A DNA stretch of 53,190 nt, filler included, from Ionaspis alba (Eukaryota): assembly GCA_964255285.1 (NCBI GenBank). It is 2 parts of 2 records of this genome, joined end to end, with 100 filler letters (N's around TTAATTAATTAA, not from the genome) between each part and the next. Parts side by side here need not be neighbours in the genome. Positions count along the whole stretch, not along the records: positions 1 to 26,640 come from CAXUUL010000144.1; positions 26,741 to 53,190 come from CAXUUL010000145.1. The stretch is one strand, 5' to 3'. The notes under the pieces are model-generated. The model was not told where the DNA came from and did no database searches. It saw nothing but the letters and a program-made list of their open reading frames with translations. Below, piece by piece: positions 23,042-34,242 of this stretch. Within the stretch, counting starts at the first letter, position 1, and each line of letters opens with the position of its first letter. Both the position numbers and the translations under genes were made by a program.

Positions 23042-23472
23042 TTCTAGAAGCATACAAAACAGAATTCGGCAATATCAGGCAGATTGTGGGGAACAAGTAT
23101 GTCTATTTCTAGAGCCTGCGTTCGATATCAAGACAAGTAGCATTGCTGCAGCCCTAATTTTCTATGTAAAACAATGAAAAGATGGTACTGCACTGCATTG
23201 TATCAAAGTGTTCGTATTAGCGCGACATGGAACCCTAACTTAAGCGAAAATTCTTCATTTGCGTTCTCATCGGACACAAAACCCTACTTGACCCCACTAG
23301 ACCGCACGTATACATCGATGACTTGCAATTTGCTCTTATGAAGATCGCTTTCTACTTTCCGTCAACAAGAAACCACTACCGTCCTGTATAAATATTAGCA
23401 AGCAGCAATCAAGTATGTCGTTCACCCTTTTCGCGGTCACCAGAGGAGTACTCACCCGGGAACAGGTTCACG

Positions 23473-24382
23473 ATGTCCCTCCTCATTCCGAGCCCCTTTC
23501 CGCCGAGAAGTACAGCCAACTCTGGAGGTAATTAACCGCATGGATAAACCGCGCGGCGACTAATGTCGAGATACAGCTTTCCGCATCGACTTGAGTACTC
23601 CACTTCACTCACATCCACCCCAAACATTTGCACAGCCACCCGCCCTCAACTATACCACAAACAACAGCCAAGTCAACGGACGAGCCAGGCCATCGAGCTA
23701 TCATCGTATCAGCTCGAAGGTCAAGAACTTCATGAAGTCACCTTTCACCCGCGGGTAAGCCATCCCATACTGCTCATGTTAGACCTGACCGACTGATCCA
23801 TCTAGCGCACTCATGTCTAAAATCATCACCCTCAAAGTCGGGCCGGAGAGCGTCGAATTCGCTGTGCACCAAGACGTGCTCTGCAATGCATCGGAATACT
23901 TCTCTGCAGTTTTCAAGAACAAGTTCAAGGAAGCTGTGGAGAACGAATTCATTTTCCCAGACGACAGCCCAGAGACCGTCGCTCGCTTCGTCCAATTCGT
24001 CTACACCCAGAACATCCACTTCACCGAAGAAGAAAGATCCGGCCTTCACCTCCCCTGGAAGGAGCTCATCGACCTGTTCTTCTACGGAGACTTGCGCGGC
24101 TCTCCCGGATTCATGGACTGCATTTTGAAAGCTTTCAGAGACAAAGCTCGCACCGTCGGCAAAGTCCCCATCGAGATCGTTGCTCTCATCTACGAATGCT
24201 CACCCGAGAATTCTCCCCTTCGAACTGCAGTGGTGAAGAACTACGCTTTCTTGTCAGCTACGGAGACTCTAAGCGAGAAGCGTCGTGTTGAGGCTGGCGG
24301 AGATCTTGGCCCGGCGGAATTCTACTGGGACTTGGCACAATTTCTGAAGAAGACGATGGAGAAGTATGGGTTCATGGAGTAG
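23473..24382 (+). CDS. BTB/POZ domain protein (copy 3)
   Basis: ATG 23473, introns about 23528-23576 and 23755-23805; possible 5'UTR intron 23413-23465. LKVGPESVEFAVHQDVLCNASEYFSAVFKNKFKEA...RFVQFVY. Confidence 0.87.
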
Positions 24383-24512
24383 GCTGGCTAAGACTTGGAG
24401 AAAGTCTCTTCTACCATTGGTAGTGGGCATAATGAACGTGAGATGGATATTGTGGATGTAGGGTTGTGTATCTTGGACCTTCTAGGTCAATGGTGATCAT
24501 TCAGAACTTAGG

Positions 24513-24619
24513 TAGTGATGGAACAGTGTCTAGCGAGGAAAAGTGTCTAGTGAGGGAAAGCGTCTAGTGATGGAACAGTGTCTAGTGATGGAACAGAGTC
24601 TAGTGACGAAACAGATGTC
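24513..24619. repeat. Minisatellite: 6 copies of a 17-19 bp unit, consensus TAGTGATGGAACAGTGTC
   Basis: Units start at 24513, 24531, 24548, 24565, 24583 and 24601; directly visible in the sequence. Confidence 0.9.
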
Positions 24620-24653
24620 TTCATTCTAAGTGAGCGTGGCGAGAGAGTCCAAA

Positions 24654-26640
24654 TCATATATATGCCTTCTGAATCGTCATACTCCTACTCCCTGGTCCTC
24701 CCCACGTCACGTCCATCTCGTTCTCCACACTCACCGGTCTCTTTCCTGTCCCGCCCAATACTATTCTCCCTCCTTCGTCCTGACTCCCCTCTCCACTCAC
24801 GCTGCCCCGGTCTCCTCTTACCCATGCTATTCGCTGTAATTTAGTTCCCTCGGTTCCGTGCATCCCAAGCGGATTGGGCATAGCACGCGCCCACTTCCTT
24901 TCGCCGTCAGACTCTCCTTCTTGTTCTTCAAGCAGATCTCCAGTTTCGATCACGCTCGCGATTTCGCTTTCGTTGGCGCTCTGAAAACGGCTACTTGCTA
25001 GACTTGATTTGCTGGATTGGTAGCGGGAGATGCCAACGGCTTTGTTCTTTCGTGTGCTCGATTTTGTGGGCGACAAGGAGGTTGGTTTTGATTTACGATG
25101 CGTGAGAGGTTGAGAGACAGATGGGGCATGAATGGATGAGGAGGCGGAATAGTTCCGCTGCATCATCCTACCTTTTCGTTGAGCGGAGGATTCTCTGCTA
25201 GGTTCTCGAAGGAGGGGTTTGAGAACGATGTTGATACTGTTTTCCTTATTACTTCCTTCGTCCATGTTGTCTTCAGTGGGACACTCAAGGCTCGGACTGA
25301 CAACTGCTTTCGCCCGATCCGATTGCGATACAATGCGGGATGAGGGTTTAGCTGAGAACAGAACGCTTTCGCCATGCCTTCGACGAGATTTATAGTATTC
25401 TCGTCTCCTGGGCGACACATCATTGTGAAATTTCGTAGGCGAGACAGGTCGTGAGGGAGAGGTTACTGGTCGTATTGTTGGCCGACCATAACTCTCCGAA
25501 GCGTTCTTCACATCATGAGAAATACATTCCGGCGTGATGGAGTCGAGTGTAGGAATGCGGGAGAGGTGTGAGCCCTTTTTCGAACCAAGCATGGAACTGC
25601 CAAAAGATTGTTTACTACCAATCGTCTCGGTCATTGTTGTCCGACTGTTCTCGCTAATGGTCGGCCACGACGTCTGTGTGATGCGAAAACCAGGAGTGTC
25701 GGATACTTCACGAGTGAAGGCCGCTTTGCCATGACCAATACCATATTTTGAAACTCTGCCCGATCGACGATTTCTATGTCTTGAATGTCTCTGCCATGGT
25801 GACGCGTCAATGTATCCACGCCCATGTCCAAGGCCGCTCATCCTATTGCTGAGTCGGTGGTTTGATAAGCTTGACGAGCCTGACGTCCAGCTCGAGTCAA
25901 GCGTTGGCTGTAGAGAATATCTTTCCGAGGGCAAAGCCATGATACGGGACGGTCTTTTGCACAGATAAGGCCGTTCACGCGACGCATAGCTTGCATCTCG
26001 TCCACGCAAAGGGGCATTCTCCTCAGTCATATTGACAAAGTCCGGTACTGCCATTGACTGTCTTTTGGCTGGATTTGGAACGATGCCTTGATTTGTTAGG
26101 CGCTGTACGTAGCTCTGCCACGACTCATGCTTTGACAATCGAGCATTGTGGTGCACAGCTTGCTGCTGTGGGGAGCCTACTCGAGACCGCCGTCGCTTTG
26201 CCCGAGATACACGAAGTGAGTCTGGTATCTCAATCTCTGGAGCTTTCGATGGCAACCGCCGATGACCAATTAGAGGTGGCCGCTCTAACATCTGTAGTTG
26301 TGACCGTGAATACTGCGATTCTTCCGATGATGGGCGTCCCTGACGTCTCACGCTACCCAGATACCCCTCACGAGATAATCTCTTCTTCGACCTACGCCGG
26401 CAACAGTAGACTATGAGTAACAATCCAAGTACTGCGATTATGGGTAGTACAATCTTCGCGGCAAGCGCTTGTCTGCTTGCTTCAGCGTTGCCGTTGATGC
26501 TAGGTCCGGGCTGCAAGCTGGGCTCGGGATTCGAAGTAAGAGATGAACCAGGTGGAGTTTCAGACACTGTAGAGCTGCTCCCCGAGCCGGTTCCTGCTGA
26601 TTCCACTGATAAGGTGATGGCCTGCGATTCGGATTTGGAG
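24654..26640 (-). CDS. Type I membrane protein, probably AXL2-like polarity landmark (5' partial)
   Basis: Frame is open up to the N-linker. S/T/P stalk, one TM (IVLPIIAVLGLLLIVYCC) followed by RRRSKKR, long S/R-rich cytoplasmic tail with GKRPVSV, ending KAYI. Ectodomain is lost at the contig end. Confidence 0.6.
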
Positions 26641-26740
26641 NNNNNNNNNNNNNNNNNNNNNNNNNNNNNNNNNNNNNNNNNNNNTTAATTAATTAANNNN
26701 NNNNNNNNNNNNNNNNNNNNNNNNNNNNNNNNNNNNNNNN
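26641..26740. other. Artificial contig linker N44-TTAATTAATTAA-N44 (stops in all six frames)
   Basis: Exactly 100 bp with palindromic TTAATTAATTAA at 26685-26696. The gene to its left is cut off at the linker. Confidence 0.95.
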
Positions 26741-26783
26741 AATACCCAGCTAGTCCCTCCATAGTTCACTAAGCTTTACCCCT

Positions 26784-28253
26784 CTATTTTCCACAAGATA
26801 AAGTTTCAGATTGAGAAACTATCTTTTCTGAAAGAAGGACTATAGGCGTATCCCTATGCATGCAATTGGAAGACCTAGATAGCGTTGTTGTGTAGTCTGT
26901 TGGGGGATCGTTAACGACACCAGGATGACCGCGGCTGACTTTCTTCAATAATGGAAGAGGATCAATCAAAAGAATAACTACCAACGATTTATGTTAATAT
27001 ATATAGTATCACAAGAATGAACTAAGTGAAACAAACGAACCATATCGAACGCCGTCACAATAGATTGCACAAGCCGTAGCTCGCTCTTCCCATCCAGCTG
27101 AAGCAATTGGTGGGATCACCCCATCAGGATCTGTAGACATCGCCCACTCTGGGCGGAATATATTCGTCCGAGTTCTAATGGAGTATTCCACTGTGCTCAT
27201 GGTCCCTAGCTTATTCTTGGAGGTGTGTTCAACCTCCTTTGAACCTGTTAGAATGCCATCGGTCTGGTAACGACTGCCGAGAAGAGTCTTTCTCTGTTCA
27301 GGTGAATTCGGTTCCTGATTCCAACGCGTGACAGGCCGATACCATTTCAAGGATATATAGTTCTTTTCCATACTGCTAGTACTCCACATTTGAGGTGGCA
27401 AATCATTTTCTTTCCCACCAGTGTAGCCTGACCTATGCAGGTGTTCCACGAAGAATTCCGGGCTTATGTGAAATGTTGATCCAAGTAGATCGATCATGCT
27501 AGGACCAATGTCTTCGACCACAATGAGTCTCGTATCGATATTGGGAAGTAGGTCGCTGTAGATAGAGCTCCGCACGTCGTTGTATCTTTGGGAGTGCTCC
27601 CCCTCCGAATTAAGTTCCGTGAAAAAGTATTTTGAAGAGTTCAAGCTACTGCCGGAGTAATCAAAAAGGTTGATGCTAGCATAGTCGTGTCGGACAGAAG
27701 CAAATAGGGGGGCTAGGTGAGGAAAGTGTTCCGATATTTCATGGAGATAGTTTCGATAGAATAGGCGTGGCGATTCAGGCACTGCCATTGCCAATTCTTC
27801 ATTGTAGGGTACATCATAGGCCAAGAGCTGATTCAAGGATGGCTCGATTGAGGGCCTTCCTGAGGGCGGTAGAGGAAACTCTTCCGCGTGATCATTGGGA
27901 AGCAATGGTTGCTCGATTGAGCGCCCTCCAGCTTCAGATGAGCCACTCGCATATTGGATATGTAATCGATCCTCCAGGATTTCTAGTGAAGATTTGGGGT
28001 TCACGAGCAGTGTGCTTGCGGACGACGGAGGGAGAGGCTGTAATCGAGGGTCAAAAGGGTCAGAATAGGGAACTTGTCGCTTCGTAATTAATCCAGCACT
28101 TGTGTGTCGCGTGTTGAATGGAAGAGAATGTGGGCTGCGCGTCGAAGCATTGTTGCGGTCTGCAGTCGGCGTCGCATCGCCAAAATGCATCAGCTCGTAT
28201 CCCAGTTCTGCGCCCATGGTTGACGATTTGGGTTCGTCAACATGTCTGGCCAT
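26784..28253 (-). CDS. Fungal CorA-like family protein, apparently C-terminally truncated
   Basis: RLIVVEDIGPSMIDLLGSTFHISPEFFVEHL motif. One intron near 26980-27040, then VILLIDPLP; stops at 26784 with no TM helices. Confidence 0.55.
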
Positions 28254-28979
28254 CTCCTCCTCTTCCGAAGACGTTTGGTAATAAAGCCCACCTCTTGATA
28301 TTTCACAGCTTCCATGTCAGCCCTATCGCCGTTAGTCCCTGCACAAAGACCCTGCCAAGATAGGATCAAAACGTGGGGCTCAGAAGCCGAAAAACAGATA
28401 TGATTTTGTATATAACTATCCCGCTAGCATTCATAGCACTTCCCGGTCTAATGCAAAAGCATGGAAATTTCTAAATTACGTACTCGGATTTTGCGGCTGG
28501 AATATGGCTTCATCGAAGCCTTTCCTGATTGGTTGATGCTTTGTACATAGATTATTGACGACACTTTGACCACAGCTGCTGAATAGCAAAACGCCCCGGA
28601 GTAAACATTTGTCGATTGGTCTCTGTCCTCATTCTTTCCCGAGGTTGGGCTTTATCTGGTTGCTTCGCGAGCAATTGTCTTGGGACTTGATAGTTATTGT
28701 CCGATTACTTTCTCTCCTCTCCTCGGAGTATTTATTATCTTATATTTATAACGGTCGAGTTTTATAGCTATACCACAAGCGAACTTCATCCCACCCCTCG
28801 ACAATAGTTGTCTGGATCATCCCATATACTTCAACAGTTATTATATTAAAATTCTATGTTAAACATTACTCGGAGGCCGGTGAAACTCGGAGGCCGGTTA
28901 ATCCTTCTAGCGTGGAAGGGAACAACGTCAATCCAGGGTTTCGTTGTTACGAAATCAGCTCGACAACCTCAGTGGCGCG

Positions 28980-30140
28980 ATGCATTTCTCGAGTCTCGGG
29001 ACGCTTGCCCTCGGCGTAGCTGCTGTCAGTGCATTCAAGGATACCTCTCCTTTCATCCTGTTCTCCACTTCCGAGTACGAGCATTCAATAACAGTCTCTC
29101 CGTCGCTCTACTGAGCCCGCTACTAACCACGTTCCTAGAATCCTCCTCTCCTCCCCACAGATTGCGCCTGCTGCTTCAGTCAGTAGCAACGTCTCGAAAG
29201 AGCTAGAAAAATGCCCTTCAGATGTGTATGTCATCGTGTCTCAAGCGGGTGTCACCACGGCAGACTACTCTGAGCGACGCTCCACGCCACATCTACGCAA
29301 ATGGATATCGGGTGAAGATAAGCATATCAGGTCTAGCTTCACCGTGTCGGATGTGTTAGGAGAAATTAGTACCACAGCTCTTACCAGGACATTAGAGAAG
29401 AAATGTGGTGCTGGGACATTGACAGTGGATGCCTCGAGTGAGTCTCAATGAACACATGCTGCACAATGTCTACTTCTCTTGATTGAAAAGCACGTCAGGA
29501 GGTCTAATACGTGCTAATAACGACTTCTTCTTATAGCTGGTTTGTTCGATATCGTAGATGATATGAAGCCTCGAGTTATTCGGGTCGATTTTCCAGCACT
29601 TCCTTCCGGTGATGCAAGATCTACGGCCGCCAGGACCAATGGTACGCAGCCAGCTCCCATCCGAGTCCTGAATTTGGACTGACAGTATATAGATCTTTTT
29701 CTCTCAAACCTCATTAACATCCTTCCCTCCCCAAATTTCACTGTTATCTATACCACAACCCCTTCTTCCATTCCCTCATCCTTCGCGATCGCCGATTCCA
29801 GCGAATACGAGATGGACAGAACGAATTCTCCACTAAGTCACATCGAACTGAAGCGAGATGTTTCCATAGAAGGACGCACTTTGAGTGGCAACAATACCTT
29901 ACCGAAGGGGCCTCTCTTCGAACGATATCAGTTCTTCACGCCCGGTACGCATTCCAGAAGAGCCCCACGACACTAATGTGGCAACTAACGATGGCAGGCC
30001 TGTTCATGGCACTCTTGGTGGGATCAATACTGATTTCTATCCTGTTTGTGGGTATCACTGGGATTGCTGGACTGCAGGTTTCGTATGCCGCGTTTGATCG
30101 GGAGAATGGGCCAGCGGCGCAGAAGAAGCAACAACAGTAG
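28980..30140 (+). CDS. BIG1: ER membrane protein BIG1 / V-ATPase S1-VOA1-type TM family; mostly missed by the ORF track
   Basis: Five exons. Signal peptide MHFSSLGTLALGVAAVSA, then FKDTSPFILFSTS, CPSDVYVIVSQAGV; C-terminal LFERYQFFTPGLFM-TM-LQVSYAAFD...KKQQQ. Confidence 0.78.
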
Positions 30141-31484
30141 CAACGAGGAAAGCGTATTTGATATGACGGAGTGTGTACTTCTATGTTTGCACGGAAAGTA
30201 AGGTTGGCGCAGGAATTGGGGTGGGAGATGGTGAAATAGAACCATCAATTGCGAAGAGTACATATGGGCACGTCGCACTGCAGTGACCTGGCAGTCTATT
30301 CGGGGTGATTTTGTAGATTACTACATCGCGTAAGAGTGTTGTAGGAGATGGATTTATCTATCAAGGTCAATCTGATCCAGGATACTTGACCTGGTGTGAA
30401 CCGACGATGCAGGAGTAAGTTATAGTTCTGGAAGTCATCGCTAGCGTGTATTGATATAATACCAGCATAGAAGCTTGAGTTGACTGTGAGACGACTTTAC
30501 GACTTGATTTGTGGTATGAGAGGTATTGGGTCATGAGCTGCATAACATTTGGGTTGCAGGTTCTGGATTATAGCTACTCTCTGAATCTTCAACAGCGCCC
30601 ACTTCAGTCCGTGCACCCCCGCACCACACATGAGTGACTGCTATGGTCAATCGTTCTTCAGAGGACCAAAGCTACCGCAGAGAATGGCTTGCCTGGATTA
30701 ATACTACAGTTTTGGCTCTGGTCGGAAATTCTCTTGTGCCGATCTTGTATTGATCAAGTTATTTTGCTTTCCGGTGACGACCTGCCAAAGTCTATCATTG
30801 CGTCTCAACGCCGAGATCGAGACTTGGAAAATGTGGGTAATTGTAGGAGAATTGAGTGGCTAAGACTCTGACAGACGTTCGATCCATAATTGGTGGTCCG
30901 ACACACGTTAGATTGCCCGCTCACAACACGTAGATAAACGCCCAGCAGCAAGATGAACTCGTAGCAATTCGTGGATCGCATGTGCTTCGATCCAAGCATG
31001 ATACGGATGTTTAGCGGGCACTAGGACAAGGAATCATAGAAGTAAGATGGACGTCGACTCAAGTAGAGCATCTGATCCAGACCATCCAGGCAGCGAAAAT
31101 CGAGCTGAGTAGGGACATTGGATGGCAAAATGTTTCTGTAATGGAATTGTTCCGATGTTCAAGGCTGAGAAAAGGATGTACTCCGAATACAATTCCCTCC
31201 AAGAAGAACCGTCTCGAGGGTACAAATCGGAGGTCCATCGCTCCTCAACCTCAGTGGTAGATGTTGGCCGTCTCGTATCACAGCAACTGTGAGAGCTAGA
31301 TTACGGTGGTGGAGCTGATTGTTGCTGTTCCAGTTGAAAGAGCGCCACACTGCACGGCGAGAATGTGCGTGCATGCAACTCCAACACAGCTATATGAGGA
31401 CCACCTTGGCAGGCTACAGATCTGTGTCAGGGATCTAACAGAAGCGGAAGTATGACCGGCAGGAGCGAGTGGGCTTCTTGACAT

Positions 31485-32293
31485 TCATTTCTCTGGAGCA
31501 TCCGGCAGCCTCTCAATGACATATTTTCCACGAGCAACACTCATAATTGGAACTCCAGGTATCTTTCGGATTCTCCTTTTCAAGTCTCGATCGTTCGTTG
31601 CCACAATGTAGACCTTGTGCTTCATGACTCGGTCCACTAAGCAGTCGTCTGCGTAAACGCCCTTGTGGTCACACCGCAGCCGTTCCCATCTCTCATCTCT
31701 TGCGATCCGGAGTGCTATGCGGTACTTTTGGCCAAGCTTCTCGAGTTCAGCGAGCTAAAATTGTCAGTAGGTTTACTACAGGGGGTTCCGGGAGGAAGGA
31801 CGTACTACACAATCAGTGACGATGGGATTGCATTTGGCGTAGAGGCAGTCCATCATGGTGGGAAGAAGTTCGAGGCGGTTTTGGACGGTGTGCGAGAGGA
31901 AATTGGTATCCACGAGGATGGAATATGGTGGAACAAGAGCAGTGTTGTATTGAAAGAAAAGCGAAGAGGAAACCTGTGGTCTTGTAATCCTGTCAGCGAA
32001 CCACGAGTGTTTTATGTGTCAAGGGAAGGTGTACATTTCTCGTATAACTCCTTCACCCTTAGTTTTTTTGTTGCCCTCATCTTCGCCCTTGGATTGGTTC
32101 TTTTTTCTGTATAGGTATATTCAGCGAGCCGAAGTGATTTGGAAGGGTAAGTTAGATTTGGTGCCCATACAACCGAGCATCTCTCTGACCAATAACTCTC
32201 TTTACCTTGTGGGAAATCAGCAGACACCCACTATCGATAAGACCTTAGGTATCTTGCCTGTGCGAACTTCCTCGTTCGTTTCTGAATTCCCAT
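31485..32293 (-). CDS. FCF1: rRNA-processing PIN endonuclease Fcf1/Utp24; not in ORF track
   Basis: Five exons, first intron GC-AG (32206-32257). FFQYNTALVPPYSILVDTNF, CVLAELEKLGQKYRIAL, HKGVYADDCL, VATNDRDLKRRIRKIPGVP. Confidence 0.95.
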
Positions 32294-32886
32294 GATGGCC
32301 TGTGCAGAGAATAGCCTAGAGAGCTCTCTGTAGCAAAATGAAGACCATCAGATCCAGAAAAAACTTGACTTGGTTAAGGGCGCAACCTTCCCGATGATTC
32401 GAAGTTTATAGATCTGCTCGGCCAACTTAATTATTTTTGGATGCGGACCTCGGGGGTATCTTCCGTGTTCTACGAGCTAGACGAGATTCCGTTAGTGTTG
32501 TACGCCATCCTAAACACGAAACTCCTTTGCAGAGACCTCAGCCCAAGTAGCATTAATCGTCGATCTGGTATTACCCATATAGTCTCTTCCTTTCATTTTC
32601 AATTCTCTCGTCGCACCGAATGCTCATATGCCAACCGTTCAGCACAGTTATTACCTGTATCACCACTATTGATCCTCTGTAGCGACCTGCGGGTCAAGCA
32701 GGAACAAGGGATTGGCAAGGTTCCCTCCAATCTCACCACCCTGTCTACCACGTTGAAGACTGCATAAGCGCCGACTTGTGTATCAATTTTCATCGGCACG
32801 ATACACTGCCAGGAGTCCACAACATATCTCATACATCAGCTGGGCTCACCGGCTGAACCCTGAGAGGTTCGAAGGAGCTCCGAGCA

Positions 32887-33987
32887 ATGCGACTGACCAG
32901 TCCGTCACGGCGTCCGGCGCTGCTAATCGCCTTCATCCTCTCCTTACACTCCGTTGCAGCTCAGAGTGATATACCAAAGAACTTACCCAATTTATCCGAC
33001 TCCACAACGAAACTTTCCTCATCGACAGCAGCGACGATCACCGTGACTCCAACAGCCGCCACCAAGACAACCCAAGCCTCGTCGACAGACGCAAAGACTG
33101 ATTCAACATCGAGCCCCTCCACCATCACATCCGCTCCAACAAACACAATCCCGAGCGACCTCCCAAACCTGACATCAAAGTCTGGCTCCAGTTATGACGG
33201 CATCACTGGAGCTCCCAAGCTTTCTGGGGTCTACTCTTACCCAGCGCCCACTGTTCCTCCTACAAGACTTGCTCCGTTCATGCAACACTCGTCATTACCG
33301 GAAGGGACCGTTTTCATAGCCGTCGGCTCAGCTCTCGCCTTCATAGCCTTGACATTCGTCCTTTGGAGAGCGTTGGTTGCCTGGCTGCTCCACCGGTCAG
33401 CCCGTCGAGCCCAGCACGGGTACCCTTCACACAAATACGGACTTGGGCACGGTGGAGATGCGAAGAGCATGCTCCGCAATGCCGCACCTTTCTATAGCCA
33501 CGGGCAGGGCTCGCACCTCAGTATGGAGCAGCTGGGCCCGTCCAAAGGCGCACCCAAGACTGTGGCACCGAAAGGCAGTCTTTTCTTCTCTCCGACAGCC
33601 GGTGCGGGAATGCACACACCTGGGAACAGGGGTTCGGGATATCACCCGGCAGGATACTACAATGCTAGTGCCTCAACGGTAGGCGGTGCTGGCGTGGGAC
33701 CTACAAATGGTGCGACGCCGTCGAGGAGCCGACCTCGGTCTATGGCGGATATGGCTCCCCAGAGTCATGGATATCAGAGAGCCAGGAGTCAAGGTCCCAG
33801 TCCGCCGGTCTCGCCAGTACTGCCACCGATGCCTACTGGGAGACATAGCTACGTGGGTCCGGGAAGTAGTAGTACGGTGAACTTGACTGCGCCGCCGCAG
33901 GGAAGAGCGCCGAGTGCCTACTTGGAGGATCTTTTTGAAAATTTCCCGCCGGGACAAATTCCTGGAGGTGATAGGGGCAGAAGTTAG
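32887..33987 (+). CDS. Single-pass membrane protein, CSI2/PRM5-like
   Basis: Signal peptide, S/T-rich ectodomain, VPPT..APFMQHSSLPEGTVFIAVG plus TM, C-terminal RAPSAYLEDLF. Confidence 0.8.
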   Translation: MRLTSPSRRPALLIAFILSLHSVAAQSDIPKNLPNLSDSTTKLSSSTAATITVTPTAATKTTQASSTDAKTDSTSSPSTITSAPTNTIPSDLPNLTSKSGSSYDGITGAPKLSGVYSYPAPTVPPTRLAPFMQHSSLPEGTVFIAVGSALAFIALTFVLWRALVAWLLHRSARRAQHGYPSHKYGLGHGGDAKSMLRNAAPFYSHGQGSHLSMEQLGPSKGAPKTVAPKGSLFFSPTAGAGMHTPGNRGSGYHPAGYYNASASTVGGAGVGPTNGATPSRSRPRSMADMAPQSHGYQRARSQGPSPPVSPVLPPMPTGRHSYVGPGSSSTVNLTAPPQGRAPSAYLEDLFENFPPGQIPGGDRGRS

Positions 33988-34242
33988 TCTGAATAACTTG
34001 GTGACTATATTTGTGAGAGGGGGGACCAAGGGAAGAGAGGGATTTTTGCATTGCTAAGGTGTTCGACGGCGTCTGTTTCATAGAGCGGATGGAAAGTATG
34101 AAGGATTGGTGTTGTTTTCCCCCTCATGCTTATAGCATTGAAAGCGGCTGTATTCTTGTTCATAATTTACACACGATACGTGGATCTCTATGTTCATCAT
34201 TATGCTCCGAAGAACTTGTGTTGGGATAGTAATTTTGTATGA

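Noticed and set aside
24513..24619. CRISPR-like array
   Set aside because: Contiguous repeats without unique spacers, eukaryotic context, no cas genes.
26685..26696. Palindromic TTAATTAATTAA as a biological site
   Set aside because: Embedded in Ns; synthetic assembly linker.
28700..28870. AT-rich, TpA-rich patch as a RIP-mutated transposon remnant
   Set aside because: Short, with no terminal repeats or coding remnant; compatible with ordinary promoter DNA.
30500..31480. Small secreted-protein gene on the minus strand (MRSTNCYEFILLLGVYLRVVSG...)
   Set aside because: A weak signal-like stretch, but no convincing splice model or motif.
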